Origin: a virus
Lineage: Duplodnaviria; Heunggongvirae; Uroviricota; Caudoviricetes
Direction: 5' to 3' (one strand)
IMG/VR virus record: IMGVR_UViG_3300015615_001076
Location: 1-26,741 of that record
Length of the DNA: 26,741 nt
Positions 15,471 to 24,506 of the stretch are shown in pieces. Position 1 is the first letter of the stretch; every line of letters starts with the position of its first letter. The position numbers were made by a program, and so were the translations under genes. The notes under the pieces are model-generated. The model worked only from the letters and a program-made list of their open reading frames with translations. It was not told the origin of the DNA and ran no database searches.

Positions 15471-17399
15471 TCATTTTGCCCCCGACGAACCAAACACCGA
15501 TTTGCCATGCATGCCACGACGCACCGCATCCAGCGCCATCGCGCCAAAGGGGAACAGTCCCGTAAGCGGATTCGACGTGCTGGTATTAGTCGCTGTGTTC
15601 GCCACTTCGGTGCCGGCCAAGATGGCGAGTTTCTCCGCAGCCAATTTGGCCTGAATGCCGAGCAAACGAACGTCTTCGGTGGCTGTTGCAATATCCGCTG
15701 AGAAAACTTCCTGCATGGCATCTTGCTTTGAGCGACGTCCTTCAACCCCGGTCAGTGAGCCATCCGCCTTCTTCCCGCGCATCATCCGTTGGATTTCATC
15801 CGGCAGGGCCTCCCCCAACGACTCCATCATTAAGAGCGGATGACCTTCCAGGCTCTTCGCCCGTTTTTTTCCGAATTTCTTCTCTACCGCTGACGAGAGC
15901 GCACCGGTCATTTCCAGCAGGGCGCCGCCTTCTTTTCCGGTCAGCGCTTGCAACATCAGCATTTCGCCGTTTGGCCCGGCCGCTCGTGCCGCCTCCCCCG
16001 CCAATCCAGAGAACAATTTCGGATTCTTGCCGTTCCCCATGAGTTCCGGCAGGATCTGCATGATGGTCTGCATCTGTTGCATTTCGGTCATGGCGTCAAA
16101 CGCCCCGGCCCGTGCGCCATTCAGCCCAATCTCTTTGCCCGTGGGAACGCGTCCGCCGAACTGGCCCATGATCGCGTTCATCATGAACCGCTCATGCGCA
16201 ATCGACTTCGGCTGTTGAAACGCCCCCATCAGCGACGAGAGTTCCTGAGCGCCGCGTTCGCCCTTGAAGAATCGGCTGTCGCTATTCGAAAGGAGGGCTT
16301 GCACCCCCATCAAGCCGTTTTTGTAGTCTGCCGAGATGACGCCTAAACGGCTTGCCGCCTGTTCCGACAGGCCCATCATCGACCGCATGGTTTCACTCGC
16401 ATCAACACCGTTCTTCATCCCCGCTTCAACCGCTGCGGTCATCGACCGCCAAAACTGGGTTTGCTGGCCGGATTCCGCGATGCCGAGTTGGGTGGAGCGA
16501 CGACCCACCGCCGCAATGGCGTCAGGGTTTTCGCCGAACCCATAGGCTCGCGCAAACAGCCCTTGGGCCTGTATCGCGGAGCGTAGATTGCCGGAAGACG
16601 AGGGAATCCCAAAGGCATCGACCATCTTTGTGAGGTCGTCGCCGGTGTAGCCGAGGTTCATAAACTCTGTGTCGGTCACGCCAGGACGCGCATGCTGAAA
16701 AAGACGGCGCAACCCTTTGCCCATGCCGGTGCGTCGCCCTGCGTTTGTGAATCCCACATCGATATCTTCGCTGTAGCGCGAGGCGTCATCGGCACGATTC
16801 ACGAGCCAATTCGCTCCACCCAGCGCCAAGGCTGTCCCGGCGATCAAGGGATGCGCCATCACGGCCCGCCCGATGGCCCCCATGCCCGCGCCGATCAGCC
16901 CACCATTCATCGCCTGTTGGGTAGACATCTCGAAGAGGCCCCCGCGAGCCGCCCCACCGGTCATGGATTCCTGGGCGGTGCCCACCGCGATGGTATCGCG
17001 CAACCGATTGACGAACTGTCGGGCTTCTTGGGTCTCGCGTTCGCGAGCCCTGATATACCCGGAGGAGAGGCCGTGCTCCGTCCGTTTGAGGCGGCTCAGG
17101 TTGTCCTCCAACATGCGCACATGCGCCAGTTCTTCCTTGTAGAGCGTGTTGATTTCTTTTTTGTTTTTAATGAAGGAGCCTTGCGGCCCGATCGTACTGA
17201 TGAGCTTGCGTTCCACTTGGGTGAGGAGATCGACTTCCTGCTTAGCGGATTGTTGGCCGGCTGGTCCGCCTGGGGCCTGCGTGGCTCGCTCGGCCGCCTG
17301 CTTGACGTGCGCCGGCAGGTTCGCAATGGCCCGCTCCGCCGCCCCCGTGTCGACTTCGAGGGGTACGCGGACTTTGATATCGACCCGTTGATCAGCCAT
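15471..17399 (-). CDS. Tape measure protein (642 aa)
   Basis: Follows tube and chaperone genes; Ala/Gly/Met-rich helical sequence with an N-terminal coiled coil and a hydrophobic patch; start overlaps the post-frameshift ORF stop by 8 nt. Confidence 0.85.
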   Translation of the reverse strand: MADQRVDIKVRVPLEVDTGAAERAIANLPAHVKQAAERATQAPGGPAGQQSAKQEVDLLTQVERKLISTIGPQGSFIKNKKEINTLYKEELAHVRMLEDNLSRLKRTEHGLSSGYIRARERETQEARQFVNRLRDTIAVGTAQESMTGGAARGGLFEMSTQQAMNGGLIGAGMGAIGRAVMAHPLIAGTALALGGANWLVNRADDASRYSEDIDVGFTNAGRRTGMGKGLRRLFQHARPGVTDTEFMNLGYTGDDLTKMVDAFGIPSSSGNLRSAIQAQGLFARAYGFGENPDAIAAVGRRSTQLGIAESGQQTQFWRSMTAAVEAGMKNGVDASETMRSMMGLSEQAASRLGVISADYKNGLMGVQALLSNSDSRFFKGERGAQELSSLMGAFQQPKSIAHERFMMNAIMGQFGGRVPTGKEIGLNGARAGAFDAMTEMQQMQTIMQILPELMGNGKNPKLFSGLAGEAARAAGPNGEMLMLQALTGKEGGALLEMTGALSSAVEKKFGKKRAKSLEGHPLLMMESLGEALPDEIQRMMRGKKADGSLTGVEGRRSKQDAMQEVFSADIATATEDVRLLGIQAKLAAEKLAILAGTEVANTATNTSTSNPLTGLFPFGAMALDAVRRGMHGKSVFGSSGAK

Positions 17400-17634
17400 G
17401 CATCAGCTCCTGGACGCGGGATTCATATCGACGCGTAACCGCCAGCTCTGGGTGATCGAGTTCATATTGAGCCCACATCCAGGAGACCTGGGCATCCGTC
17501 AACGAGAGGACCGTCTGATCAAACGGATGCGTGTTGAGCATCCGCGCCAGGTGCCACCGTTGGCGCTCCCTCGGCAGTGCGGCCAGTTGACGGATCTCGT
17601 CGTCGGTCGGGAAAGGAGTCGCTGAATGCGACAT
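17392..17634 (-). CDS. Tail assembly chaperone, post-frameshift (T-like) ORF in the +1 frame
   Basis: Overlaps 17519..17998 in the +1 frame; its ATG has a GGAGGT with zero spacing, which is poor for initiation; WHLARMLNTHPFDQTVLSLTDAQVSWMW resembles T-part chaperones; abuts the TMP. Confidence 0.72.
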   Translation of the reverse strand: MSHSATPFPTDDEIRQLAALPRERQRWHLARMLNTHPFDQTVLSLTDAQVSWMWAQYELDHPELAVTRRYESRVQELMHG

Positions 17635-17998
17635 ACCTCCCGTAGATGTCCCAGAGCAGATCCATATCGGGAATCAGCTCGGGTGCCGCCGTGCGATCGC
17701 TCTCGCGCTGATGCGCATCGCGTTTGATGTCGTACCACCAATCCGGCGCCTTCCGAACGACGACCGCCAGCGTACTAAGCATAACCACGGTCATGCGCGT
17801 CGCCGGATCAAGCTCTTCAATCTGGACCCCTTCACGCAGGCGATGCTGCACCACCCCAATCTTCAAGAGGTCTCGACCGGTCGGAATCGCAACAGTGAGC
17901 GTGCCCTGTAACGTGGGAACACGTTTGGAGGACACGTCGAACGATTCGGTGTACTCGATACCTAATGCGATCTGTCCGGATCGTGCGGTATCCACCAT
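17519..17998 (-). CDS. Tail assembly chaperone (G-like, 159 aa)
   Basis: Between tube and TMP; GTLTVAIPT...STLAVVVRKAPDWW motif typical of myovirus chaperones. Confidence 0.82.
   Translation of the reverse strand: MVDTARSGQIALGIEYTESFDVSSKRVPTLQGTLTVAIPTGRDLLKIGVVQHRLREGVQIEELDPATRMTVVMLSTLAVVVRKAPDWWYDIKRDAHQRESDRTAAPELIPDMDLLWDIYGRYVAFSDSFPDRRRDPSTGRTAEGAPTVAPGADAQHASV
17609..17617 (-). other. Candidate +1 ribosomal frameshift site UCC_UUU_CCC
   Basis: In frame with the chaperone (codons 128-130); tRNA-Phe can re-pair UUU to UUC, entering the 17392 ORF. Confidence 0.6.
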
Positions 17999-18000
17999 GG

Positions 18001-18483
18001 TTAGCTCTCAGTCCTTCCGACCGGTCCGCCAAAACTCCCAAGATAGGCCGGCGTTCCGCGCTCAACGCTCTTCGCATGGAAGGTCGCGTTCTGCCCGGAG
18101 AACTGATTCGCGGTCACTTGATAGGAGAAGTTCCCGACCGTACAGCCCTGATACACCATGATGGTGTTGTCGATGTCGTCCAGCACTTCGAAGTCGATCA
18201 ATCCCACATCCAACGCTTCCCGTGGCCCCATCGGTGCCAGATTCATGAGCTGCACGGCGTCACCGAGCTTGGCTTGGTGAATCACAAATTGATCGAGGGT
18301 GATTTGCGCTGCCCAGCGCATCGGCGTATGTTCCGCCGGTGCCACATCGCCCAGCGCATACACCGGCTCGGTGCCGTAATCCTGGGTGAACTGTGACGAA
18401 CGACCGTAGCCGACGGTGAACCCCCCGGCCTTGATCCGGACAACATGCCCTCCCTGGGCCACCTGATTCCTCAAATCTGCCAT
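18001..18483 (-). CDS. Tail tube protein (160 aa)
   Basis: Follows the sheath; VGYGRSSQFTQDYGTEPVYALGDVAPAEH...IDFEVLD...YQGC resembles SPO1/K-type tube proteins; GGGAGG RBS. Confidence 0.9.
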   Translation of the reverse strand: MADLRNQVAQGGHVVRIKAGGFTVGYGRSSQFTQDYGTEPVYALGDVAPAEHTPMRWAAQITLDQFVIHQAKLGDAVQLMNLAPMGPREALDVGLIDFEVLDDIDNTIMVYQGCTVGNFSYQVTANQFSGQNATFHAKSVERGTPAYLGSFGGPVGRTES

Positions 18484-18495
18484 GATGCCCTCCCG

Positions 18496-20280
18496 TTAAA
18501 CGCTCGCCACAACCGTCGTCGGTGTCAGCCCGGCCGTAATCGTGATGTACCCAACCTCTCCCACCGGATGGGCCTCATAGGTCACGGCGACCAGATCAAA
18601 GCCATCGAACTCAGCCCGGACATTCTTGAAGGCCGGTTCGACTTGACCGGTTTCAGTTTGGCCTTCGGTCAACACTCCGACCTGATTTGTCGCGGTGCGG
18701 GTCAATGAACGCAAGCGCGTTACGGCGGCATTGAGAATACTCGTCACCACCGTGCGATCCGCCGTACGTCCAATAAACCGCTGCACCGCATATCGGATAT
18801 TCCGGTTCAAGTGATGCGCGATCGCTACGCCGGAGTGTTTCCTCCAGATCACGTTGGCATCTTTGAGATACGTCGTAATCCCCTGCACAATGCGGAAGGT
18901 CCCATCGCTGGGGACGCCCTCTAATGGCATGACCCCTTTGTCTAACAGGGTCTCAATGTCGGTGAGTGTGAGCGTCTTCTCTAGGCCGCTCACCCGAATG
19001 GTCTTGTAGGTCAGTGGGGTTTCCGGCGTCGCTCCTGCGGCAATCCCGCAGACGATGGCGGCGGCATACATCGGGGAGAGTGCATCCACTACCCCGGTCA
19101 AAAGGTTTCTTCGCTTCACACCAGGGTAGACCACGTCAACATGGTATTGATTGAGCGCTTGGGCTCGCGCATAGGCCTGCGCCACCGTTTCATTGGCCGC
19201 TCCGCCCACCACGGCTTGGCGCTCATGCCGTCTCGTGACACCACTTTCGACCTTGCAGTGCGCGGCGAGCATCGCGTGGATGGTGGCGTCCTCTGAACAG
19301 ACAAACATCAAATTCACTTCATGCGTGGTGAACGCATCCAAGGCGGCTTGCCAGTCATTGTTCGTCACCGCCGCCCCTTCCGATCCGCCCGCCAGAAACG
19401 TATACGGAATGTTGACCGGCACAAGCACGGCCCCTGGCACCCGCGAGGCGGTCACGAGTTGGGAATTCGTATTCACCCACTGCACGATTGCGCCGATGGC
19501 CGCCACATGGGTATAAGCCGCGCTTTTACAGGCAATCCCGGCTTGGGCGTCAATCGAGGCACTAGGCATCGCGGCATCGCCCTTGATCGTGCAGGTGAAA
19601 TCACTGAGGGCATCGAGATACGAGGCCAACAATCCCACCGTCGACAGACTGGCCATGGTGAGATCGAGCTCTAGTTCGGTCACCCAGGGATCGCCGCTCC
19701 CGGTCGCTTTCGTTTGCAGCCGGAGAATCGTCGCGATGTCTCCGCTCTTCACGACCACCACTTGAGCATCAAATTTAGAGCCGACGTACTGAATGGCGAA
19801 GACCTCGCCTAAGTTGTCTCCCACTTCGAAGACATCGGTGTTGAGCACGTCGTTGATCGTGATTTTCTTGCCGGACAGCGTCCCTGTTTCGACCTTGACA
19901 CGAATCTGATTGGTCCAGGACCCGGCATCGCTCGCCTTCAGCAGCAGGACGTTGTTCAGCCCGGCTTCTTGTAAGTTCAGTTGCGCATGGACCGCCTGAT
20001 TCAACCGGTAATACTTGATCCGTCCAGCCCCTTGTTCATCGCCACTCGGGTCATACATCAACTCAATCACAGACCGTAAGACACCGCCTCGCAACTGCTG
20101 TCGGGCTTCTTCCGGGCTGGAGATATCCGTCACGGCCCGTGGGGCGCCTCCCAACGAGGTTCCAATGACCCCCACGGTATTGACCGCCCCCGGTCGGTTG
20201 GGGACCATCGCATCGGCATTGATCTTGGAGTAGACCCCCGGCTTGAGGATGGTCCGCCCATCAAAATAGATCCCCTTCAT
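18496..20280 (-). CDS. Contractile tail sheath protein (594 aa)
   Basis: KPGVYSKIN, VIGTSLGG, FLAGGSEG...WQAALDAF, PLTYKTI, LLDKGVMPL, FRIVQGITT sheath motifs; AAGGAGG RBS. Confidence 0.96.
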   Translation of the reverse strand: MKGIYFDGRTILKPGVYSKINADAMVPNRPGAVNTVGVIGTSLGGAPRAVTDISSPEEARQQLRGGVLRSVIELMYDPSGDEQGAGRIKYYRLNQAVHAQLNLQEAGLNNVLLLKASDAGSWTNQIRVKVETGTLSGKKITINDVLNTDVFEVGDNLGEVFAIQYVGSKFDAQVVVVKSGDIATILRLQTKATGSGDPWVTELELDLTMASLSTVGLLASYLDALSDFTCTIKGDAAMPSASIDAQAGIACKSAAYTHVAAIGAIVQWVNTNSQLVTASRVPGAVLVPVNIPYTFLAGGSEGAAVTNNDWQAALDAFTTHEVNLMFVCSEDATIHAMLAAHCKVESGVTRRHERQAVVGGAANETVAQAYARAQALNQYHVDVVYPGVKRRNLLTGVVDALSPMYAAAIVCGIAAGATPETPLTYKTIRVSGLEKTLTLTDIETLLDKGVMPLEGVPSDGTFRIVQGITTYLKDANVIWRKHSGVAIAHHLNRNIRYAVQRFIGRTADRTVVTSILNAAVTRLRSLTRTATNQVGVLTEGQTETGQVEPAFKNVRAEFDGFDLVAVTYEAHPVGEVGYITITAGLTPTTVVASV

Positions 20281-20293
20281 GACTCAACCCTCC

Positions 20294-20521
20294 TTAGTTG
20301 GCGGCTCGTGCGGCCCAGGCCGCGAGTCCTGCCTGCCATTGCGTGCGCGTCTGTCGTTTCAGTGCGTTGATCAGGTCACAGTGCCGTTGAAACCCCGCGA
20401 GCAAGACTGGATTGACCGGTTCGGTCTGGCCAAACTCCTTGAGCCCCATCACGGGCTCTACCTCTTTCATATCCTCTTCTTTGCGAGTCTCATCAGAATA
20501 TTTCTTGCTTTTGTCCATCAT
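20294..20521 (-). CDS. Small conserved protein preceding the sheath (75 aa)
   Basis: AGGAGGG RBS, ATGA overlap; same position as the small pre-sheath gene of SPO1/K-like phages. Confidence 0.7.
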   Translation of the reverse strand: MMDKSKKYSDETRKEEDMKEVEPVMGLKEFGQTEPVNPVLLAGFQRHCDLINALKRQTRTQWQAGLAAWAARAAN

Positions 20522-21471
20522 CCCTCCTGCGCCGTAACGGTGATTGGTAGAAGCGTGGGATCGGCCACGGTAATGGCGGCAATGGTGCCTTCGACCGGGA
20601 TCACCCGCACCGACGCTTGCAGATCACCTTTGAGATTGAAGGCTGCCGAAAACATCGGCAGGTTGTAACTTTCGAAGTCTTCTCCGTACCGACCGGTCAG
20701 CGTCGTATTCATGACCCCGCTTTGCTCAAGCAGTTGCCGAGCCGAAAAGAGACACCCCTTCAAATGGCGGTACAGATGCCGACGAATCTCAGGATTCTCC
20801 GTCCAGCCGGTAATCGCCAGATTGAACGACGCCAGATAGCCACGACGATGAACAGCGGTATCGCCTTCGGTGTTCAGCTGGTTCGTATCGTCGCCAATGA
20901 GGTACGCGTCCGGCGCGTCGCTATCCAGATGCAGCGAGATGCATGGGAACGTCACCGAATCAATGAGCGGGGGCGAATCCAAGACCTGGACCTCGGTGAT
21001 ACCGGCCGGTAAGTCAAATTGGTGCGCGACGATCTGGCGCTTAAAATACGCCCGTACATAGTCCATCAAGAGGCCAATGACATCGACTTCTTCCAAGAGA
21101 CTCACGTCCGGTGTGCGCACGGTGAGCAGCGCCGGACTAGATACGTCCGTTTCATCCTGATTCATGGCGTAGGCGGCGTAATAGTAGGTCGTCGCCCATT
21201 GCACGGCCTTGGTATCGAGGGTGGACCGATGACGCTCTTCATGTTGGAGTGGTGACGGCCGGAAGACGGTTTGGTAGGGACGGGTGAGGATGCCTCTGCC
21301 GCCCGCATAGACGACCGTGGCCGATGGGTCGGTCGGACCTTCGAACAGGTTGGTGGTCTTTCGCACAATCTTGACGTGATGCAGCGTCGGAAAGTCCGGG
21401 TTCATCCAGAGGAGACGGACGCCGCCGCCATACCCAAACGCCCGGCCTTCAAAATGGGTGATGGGATTCAT
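20518..21471 (-). CDS. Tail terminator/neck protein with N-terminal Fn3-like domain (317 aa)
   Basis: Start trimmed to MNPITHF (ATGA overlap); VRLLWMNP...YYYAAYA Fn3-like segment, then FPCISLHLDSD...FNLAITGWTENPEIRRHLY terminator-like domain. Confidence 0.72.
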   Translation of the reverse strand: MNPITHFEGRAFGYGGGVRLLWMNPDFPTLHHVKIVRKTTNLFEGPTDPSATVVYAGGRGILTRPYQTVFRPSPLQHEERHRSTLDTKAVQWATTYYYAAYAMNQDETDVSSPALLTVRTPDVSLLEEVDVIGLLMDYVRAYFKRQIVAHQFDLPAGITEVQVLDSPPLIDSVTFPCISLHLDSDAPDAYLIGDDTNQLNTEGDTAVHRRGYLASFNLAITGWTENPEIRRHLYRHLKGCLFSARQLLEQSGVMNTTLTGRYGEDFESYNLPMFSAAFNLKGDLQASVRVIPVEGTIAAITVADPTLLPITVTAQEG

Positions 21472-22388
21472 GCGACGGACTCCAACCAGGACTGTGCATC
21501 GGCGGCAATCGTCCCGTCGAACCAATCTGTGGCCAACTCCCTCATCGATTGCGCGACTTTGCTGGCAATGGACTGGGCTTCATACGCCTGTATCCGCCAC
21601 CCTTCTGGATTCGCTTGCGAGAGCGTTCGGATCGTGAGGTATTGACTGTGGCCCTTCTTCCCGGTCCGCATGAGGCCCACCAGCTTCTGTCCTGTCAATG
21701 AGGCTGGATCGATGCCCAGCGAGTGCAGCGCCTGGGACTTCAACCGGTCGCCTTTCGTGTAGAGGAAGCGTTGGACCATGCCGTGTTTCACGTTGGGTCC
21801 GCGTTCGACATACGAGCTGGTCATCAGATGCGGTCGCTTCTTTTGCATGGCCCGGTGCACCGCAGGCGTAAGCACGTTCGATCCCCATTTTTTACTGATC
21901 GCCTGAAACCGTTGACCCTGTGAACCAGCTTCGGTGGTCGCATGCCGAAAGGGAATCCGGAGATACTTCTGCCCGGCTTTGCTCAGCCGCGCCTTGGGCG
22001 CATAATCCAACACGGCATGGAGATCGATCTCCATGCCGCCATACTCGACGATGGAGGCTTGCGGATCGTCGGAGACAATGACAAAACTGGCTTCGTTCGT
22101 TGGTCCCTGCTCCACCAGGATTGAATTGACATACTCAGTCCGATTGAGGCGCACCATCGGATCAGAGGGACCGGTGCCCAAGCGTAAGGGCCGGCCTTCG
22201 GTACCGGAAATGCGTGACGCCTGTTCCCGCCACAAGGTTTGACCGACTTCGGCCAATTCCCGTAACCGCTTCAGCGTGTAGGGAAACAGACTGGTGACGT
22301 GCTCGCGAGGCAGTTCCGAAAGGCGCTGCACGAACGCATCGGGTACCAGTTTGAGACTGATGGGAATGTCGACAACGATCCTGGCCAT
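21468..22388 (-). CDS. Neck/tail completion protein (306 aa)
   Basis: Position in the neck cluster; ASIVEYG...KYLRIPFRH...YLTIRTLS...GW motifs. Confidence 0.68.
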   Translation of the reverse strand: MARIVVDIPISLKLVPDAFVQRLSELPREHVTSLFPYTLKRLRELAEVGQTLWREQASRISGTEGRPLRLGTGPSDPMVRLNRTEYVNSILVEQGPTNEASFVIVSDDPQASIVEYGGMEIDLHAVLDYAPKARLSKAGQKYLRIPFRHATTEAGSQGQRFQAISKKWGSNVLTPAVHRAMQKKRPHLMTSSYVERGPNVKHGMVQRFLYTKGDRLKSQALHSLGIDPASLTGQKLVGLMRTGKKGHSQYLTIRTLSQANPEGWRIQAYEAQSIASKVAQSMRELATDWFDGTIAADAQSWLESVA

Positions 22389-23038
22389 TACTGCACCACT
22401 CGGTTCCAGAGTTCCATCAGCTTGACATGCACTTTGCGCGGCATACTGCGTCCGCCCATCGGACGATCACCGGCGAGTTCGCGGTAGACAAAGTATTCGG
22501 GTCTTGCGCGATACAGCACGCTGTATGGTTGGCCAGCCGGGAACGGATCCGTCAGCCATCGAATCGTGGGTCCGTCCATCAGATAATCGATCGATTCGTA
22601 GTATTCCTTGCGGATCGTGTTCACAATGGCCCAGACCGTCAAGATCGCAATCGGCTTGCGATACCGTAGGGTGTCCTGCGTGCCGCGTGTCAGCACTTCC
22701 GCGCTCCGCAGGCTGGAGTCAGTCAACGTAATGCGGTCACGTTCGCCCATGTCATAGGCCGGCGAATCAGACGGAATTGTGAGCAGCACATCCCCATCCT
22801 CCCATTCAGCGAACGCGGCAAATTTCCTGGAGGGTGTTGAGCCACTGACGCCGAAGGAACAGGGTTGCGGCGCGTCCCAGATCCAGCCCACCCCCTTACA
22901 GACGACACAGGCCACATCCGCCCCGCCGGTCCGTGTCGATCGACAGGGGCAGCGCGACGCCCGTTCCCAGGTCGCCGCCTGGCCGATTAACTGCAACATC
23001 GTGTTCAGTCGGTCTGGACAAAAGCCTAAGCCGCTCAT
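22388..23038 (-). CDS. Head closure/neck protein with Zn-binding Cys cluster (216 aa)
   Basis: WERASRCPC...CVVCKGVGW and GERDRITL motifs recalled from SPO1/K-type neck proteins. Confidence 0.78.
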   Translation of the reverse strand: MSGLGFCPDRLNTMLQLIGQAATWERASRCPCRSTRTGGADVACVVCKGVGWIWDAPQPCSFGVSGSTPSRKFAAFAEWEDGDVLLTIPSDSPAYDMGERDRITLTDSSLRSAEVLTRGTQDTLRYRKPIAILTVWAIVNTIRKEYYESIDYLMDGPTIRWLTDPFPAGQPYSVLYRARPEYFVYRELAGDRPMGGRSMPRKVHVKLMELWNRVVQ

Positions 23039-23790
23039 GCCACCACCAACGGAATGCCTTTAAGCCGTTGTCGAATCATGCGCCGTTCCCGGTCTTCATC
23101 CTCGCGATACTTCGCCAGTTCAAAGGAGATCGATTGGGAATGACCGTCGGACGAGTTCGAAAAGGATCCCGGCACAAGGGCATCCGCCGCGATCATGATG
23201 ACCGTTGAGCGCTTGATGCACTCCGGAATGTTGCTGTACTCGCGCTCCAGCTGTTTGTCGGTCAAGCCAGCCGTATAATCGATAAAAATGCTTTGGGGCA
23301 GTCCGCGTCCACCACTGAAGATGGACAGGATATGAGAATTGAACGAGGCGAACGCGGCTTGCTTGGACGGCACAAGCTGTATACGTCCGTATTTCTTGTC
23401 CAACCGCAACCACGAGTCGTTCCCAGACACCGGGACCGTAAAGACGGCACGATCCACGTTCGGATAGGCAAAGACCATGCGCTCGACCGACAGGACGGGT
23501 GACTGTCGCAACTGCAACCACCCCCAGCGTTCGCCCTCAAACATGGCCGCCTCATAGGGGTAAGCCGGTTCCTCTAGATCGTAGTCGGTGTCTTCGGCTG
23601 TCGGCTCACACTTGATCTTGGTCGGCGTGAGTCGGATGCCCATCGCTTGCTCAAAATCGTCTTCCGCCGCTCGAATCTTTTTCTCGAAATAGTCATCCGA
23701 CCAGTCGGCAGACGGCTTGAGATGACACAACATCCCAAAGACGCGATCCGTCCTGATCTCCTTCACCGTGATGCCGAGTTTCGACCGCAT
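23035..23790 (-). CDS. Head-tail adaptor protein (251 aa)
   Basis: WLQLRQSPVLSVERM, PQSIFIDYTAG and SSDGHSQSIS motifs typical of adaptors; first gene of the neck cluster. Confidence 0.8.
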   Translation of the reverse strand: MRSKLGITVKEIRTDRVFGMLCHLKPSADWSDDYFEKKIRAAEDDFEQAMGIRLTPTKIKCEPTAEDTDYDLEEPAYPYEAAMFEGERWGWLQLRQSPVLSVERMVFAYPNVDRAVFTVPVSGNDSWLRLDKKYGRIQLVPSKQAAFASFNSHILSIFSGGRGLPQSIFIDYTAGLTDKQLEREYSNIPECIKRSTVIMIAADALVPGSFSNSSDGHSQSISFELAKYREDEDRERRMIRQRLKGIPLVVA

Positions 23791-23794
23791 CGGC

Positions 23795-24055
23795 CTAGTT
23801 CAGAACGTCGACCGCTGGACTGACCACGGCTGAACTCGTTTCCGTTCCGGAAATGGTCACAGCGCTGGCGTTGATCCGCATGGTCTGTTGCGCATACGTG
23901 CCGCCATGGTCATGCTTCCGGAAATCCACGCGCAGCGCGTCCACATCGTTCTTCAGTTCGTTGATCAACGTGATCATCGCATCCAGCTTGGTGCCCAAAC
24001 CGGCCTTCTTGGCGGAAGGGGTGAGCTTGTTGAGCTTGTCCTTGTTCGTTGCCAT
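23795..24055 (-). CDS. Small head-associated protein, possible head fibre/decoration (86 aa)
   Basis: GGGAGGA RBS; LNKLTPSAKKAGLGT followed by a short coiled coil and an HDH motif; position after the capsid gene. Confidence 0.65.
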   Translation of the reverse strand: MATNKDKLNKLTPSAKKAGLGTKLDAMITLINELKNDVDALRVDFRKHDHGGTYAQQTMRINASAVTISGTETSSAVVSPAVDVLN

Positions 24056-24087
24056 GAACGATCCTCCCTCTCGGCGTTGACGAGTCG

Positions 24088-24462
24088 TTACTTGTCGTCC
24101 GCGTACTTCTTGCCTTTCTTGCCTTTCTTGCCTTTCCCTTCCGGACCGTCCACGCCGCTGTCACCATCCTCGGGACTGGCTTCGCCGGGTCCGTCTCCAC
24201 CACTCCCTGGATCGGACCTCGATCCGTCTGGTAGGGCTGCACTGGTACTGGATTCGTCATGTTCGGAGCCCGCAGGGTCAGACGGTTGCGGGTCGGTAGG
24301 AAAGTTGGTCTCGGCTAACACATAACCGGGGATGGAACAGAATCGAACGGCCTCAGCGTCGCTGATCGGCGCCGACAGCATGCCGCCTGCCACACGTGAG
24401 AAGGCGACGCCGCTGACTTCTTCGGAGCAGTTGGGTAAGGTGCAGAGTACTTGCTTCATCAT
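24088..24462 (-). CDS. Post-capsid small protein with acidic low-complexity region and Lys-rich tail (124 aa)
   Basis: Start trimmed to MMKQVLC (AAGGGGG RBS); ~50 aa folded-looking N-terminus ending FCSIPGY, then a disordered S/G/D/P/E region and GKGKKGKKGKK. Confidence 0.72.
   Translation of the reverse strand: MMKQVLCTLPNCSEEVSGVAFSRVAGGMLSAPISDAEAVRFCSIPGYVLAETNFPTDPQPSDPAGSEHDESSTSAALPDGSRSDPGSGGDGPGEASPEDGDSGVDGPEGKGKKGKKGKKYADDK
24107..24136. repeat. 9-bp tandem repeat (ttcttgcct) x3.3 encoding GKK repeats
   Basis: Read directly. Confidence 0.85.
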
Positions 24463-24480
24463 GTCCCCCTTGTACACAGA

Positions 24481-24506
24481 TGGCGCGAGGAGTGATCCTC
24501 GCGCCA
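24481..24506 (-). terminator. GC-rich hairpin after the capsid gene (terminator-like or RNA-stabilising)
   Basis: Perfect 10-bp stem TGGCGCGAGG/CCTCGCGCCA with a 6-nt loop; followed only by UCUGU, so at most a weak intrinsic terminator. Confidence 0.5.

Noticed and set aside
17609-17640. SD-stimulated -1 frameshift from GGAGGT at 17640-17635
   Set aside because: The downstream ORF is in the +1 frame, there is no slippery heptamer, and the SD-like sequence is about 17 nt from the site.
3931-20280. Extracellular contractile injection system or tailocin
   Set aside because: Capsid, scaffold, neck genes and a TMP are present in the same operon, so this is a phage module.
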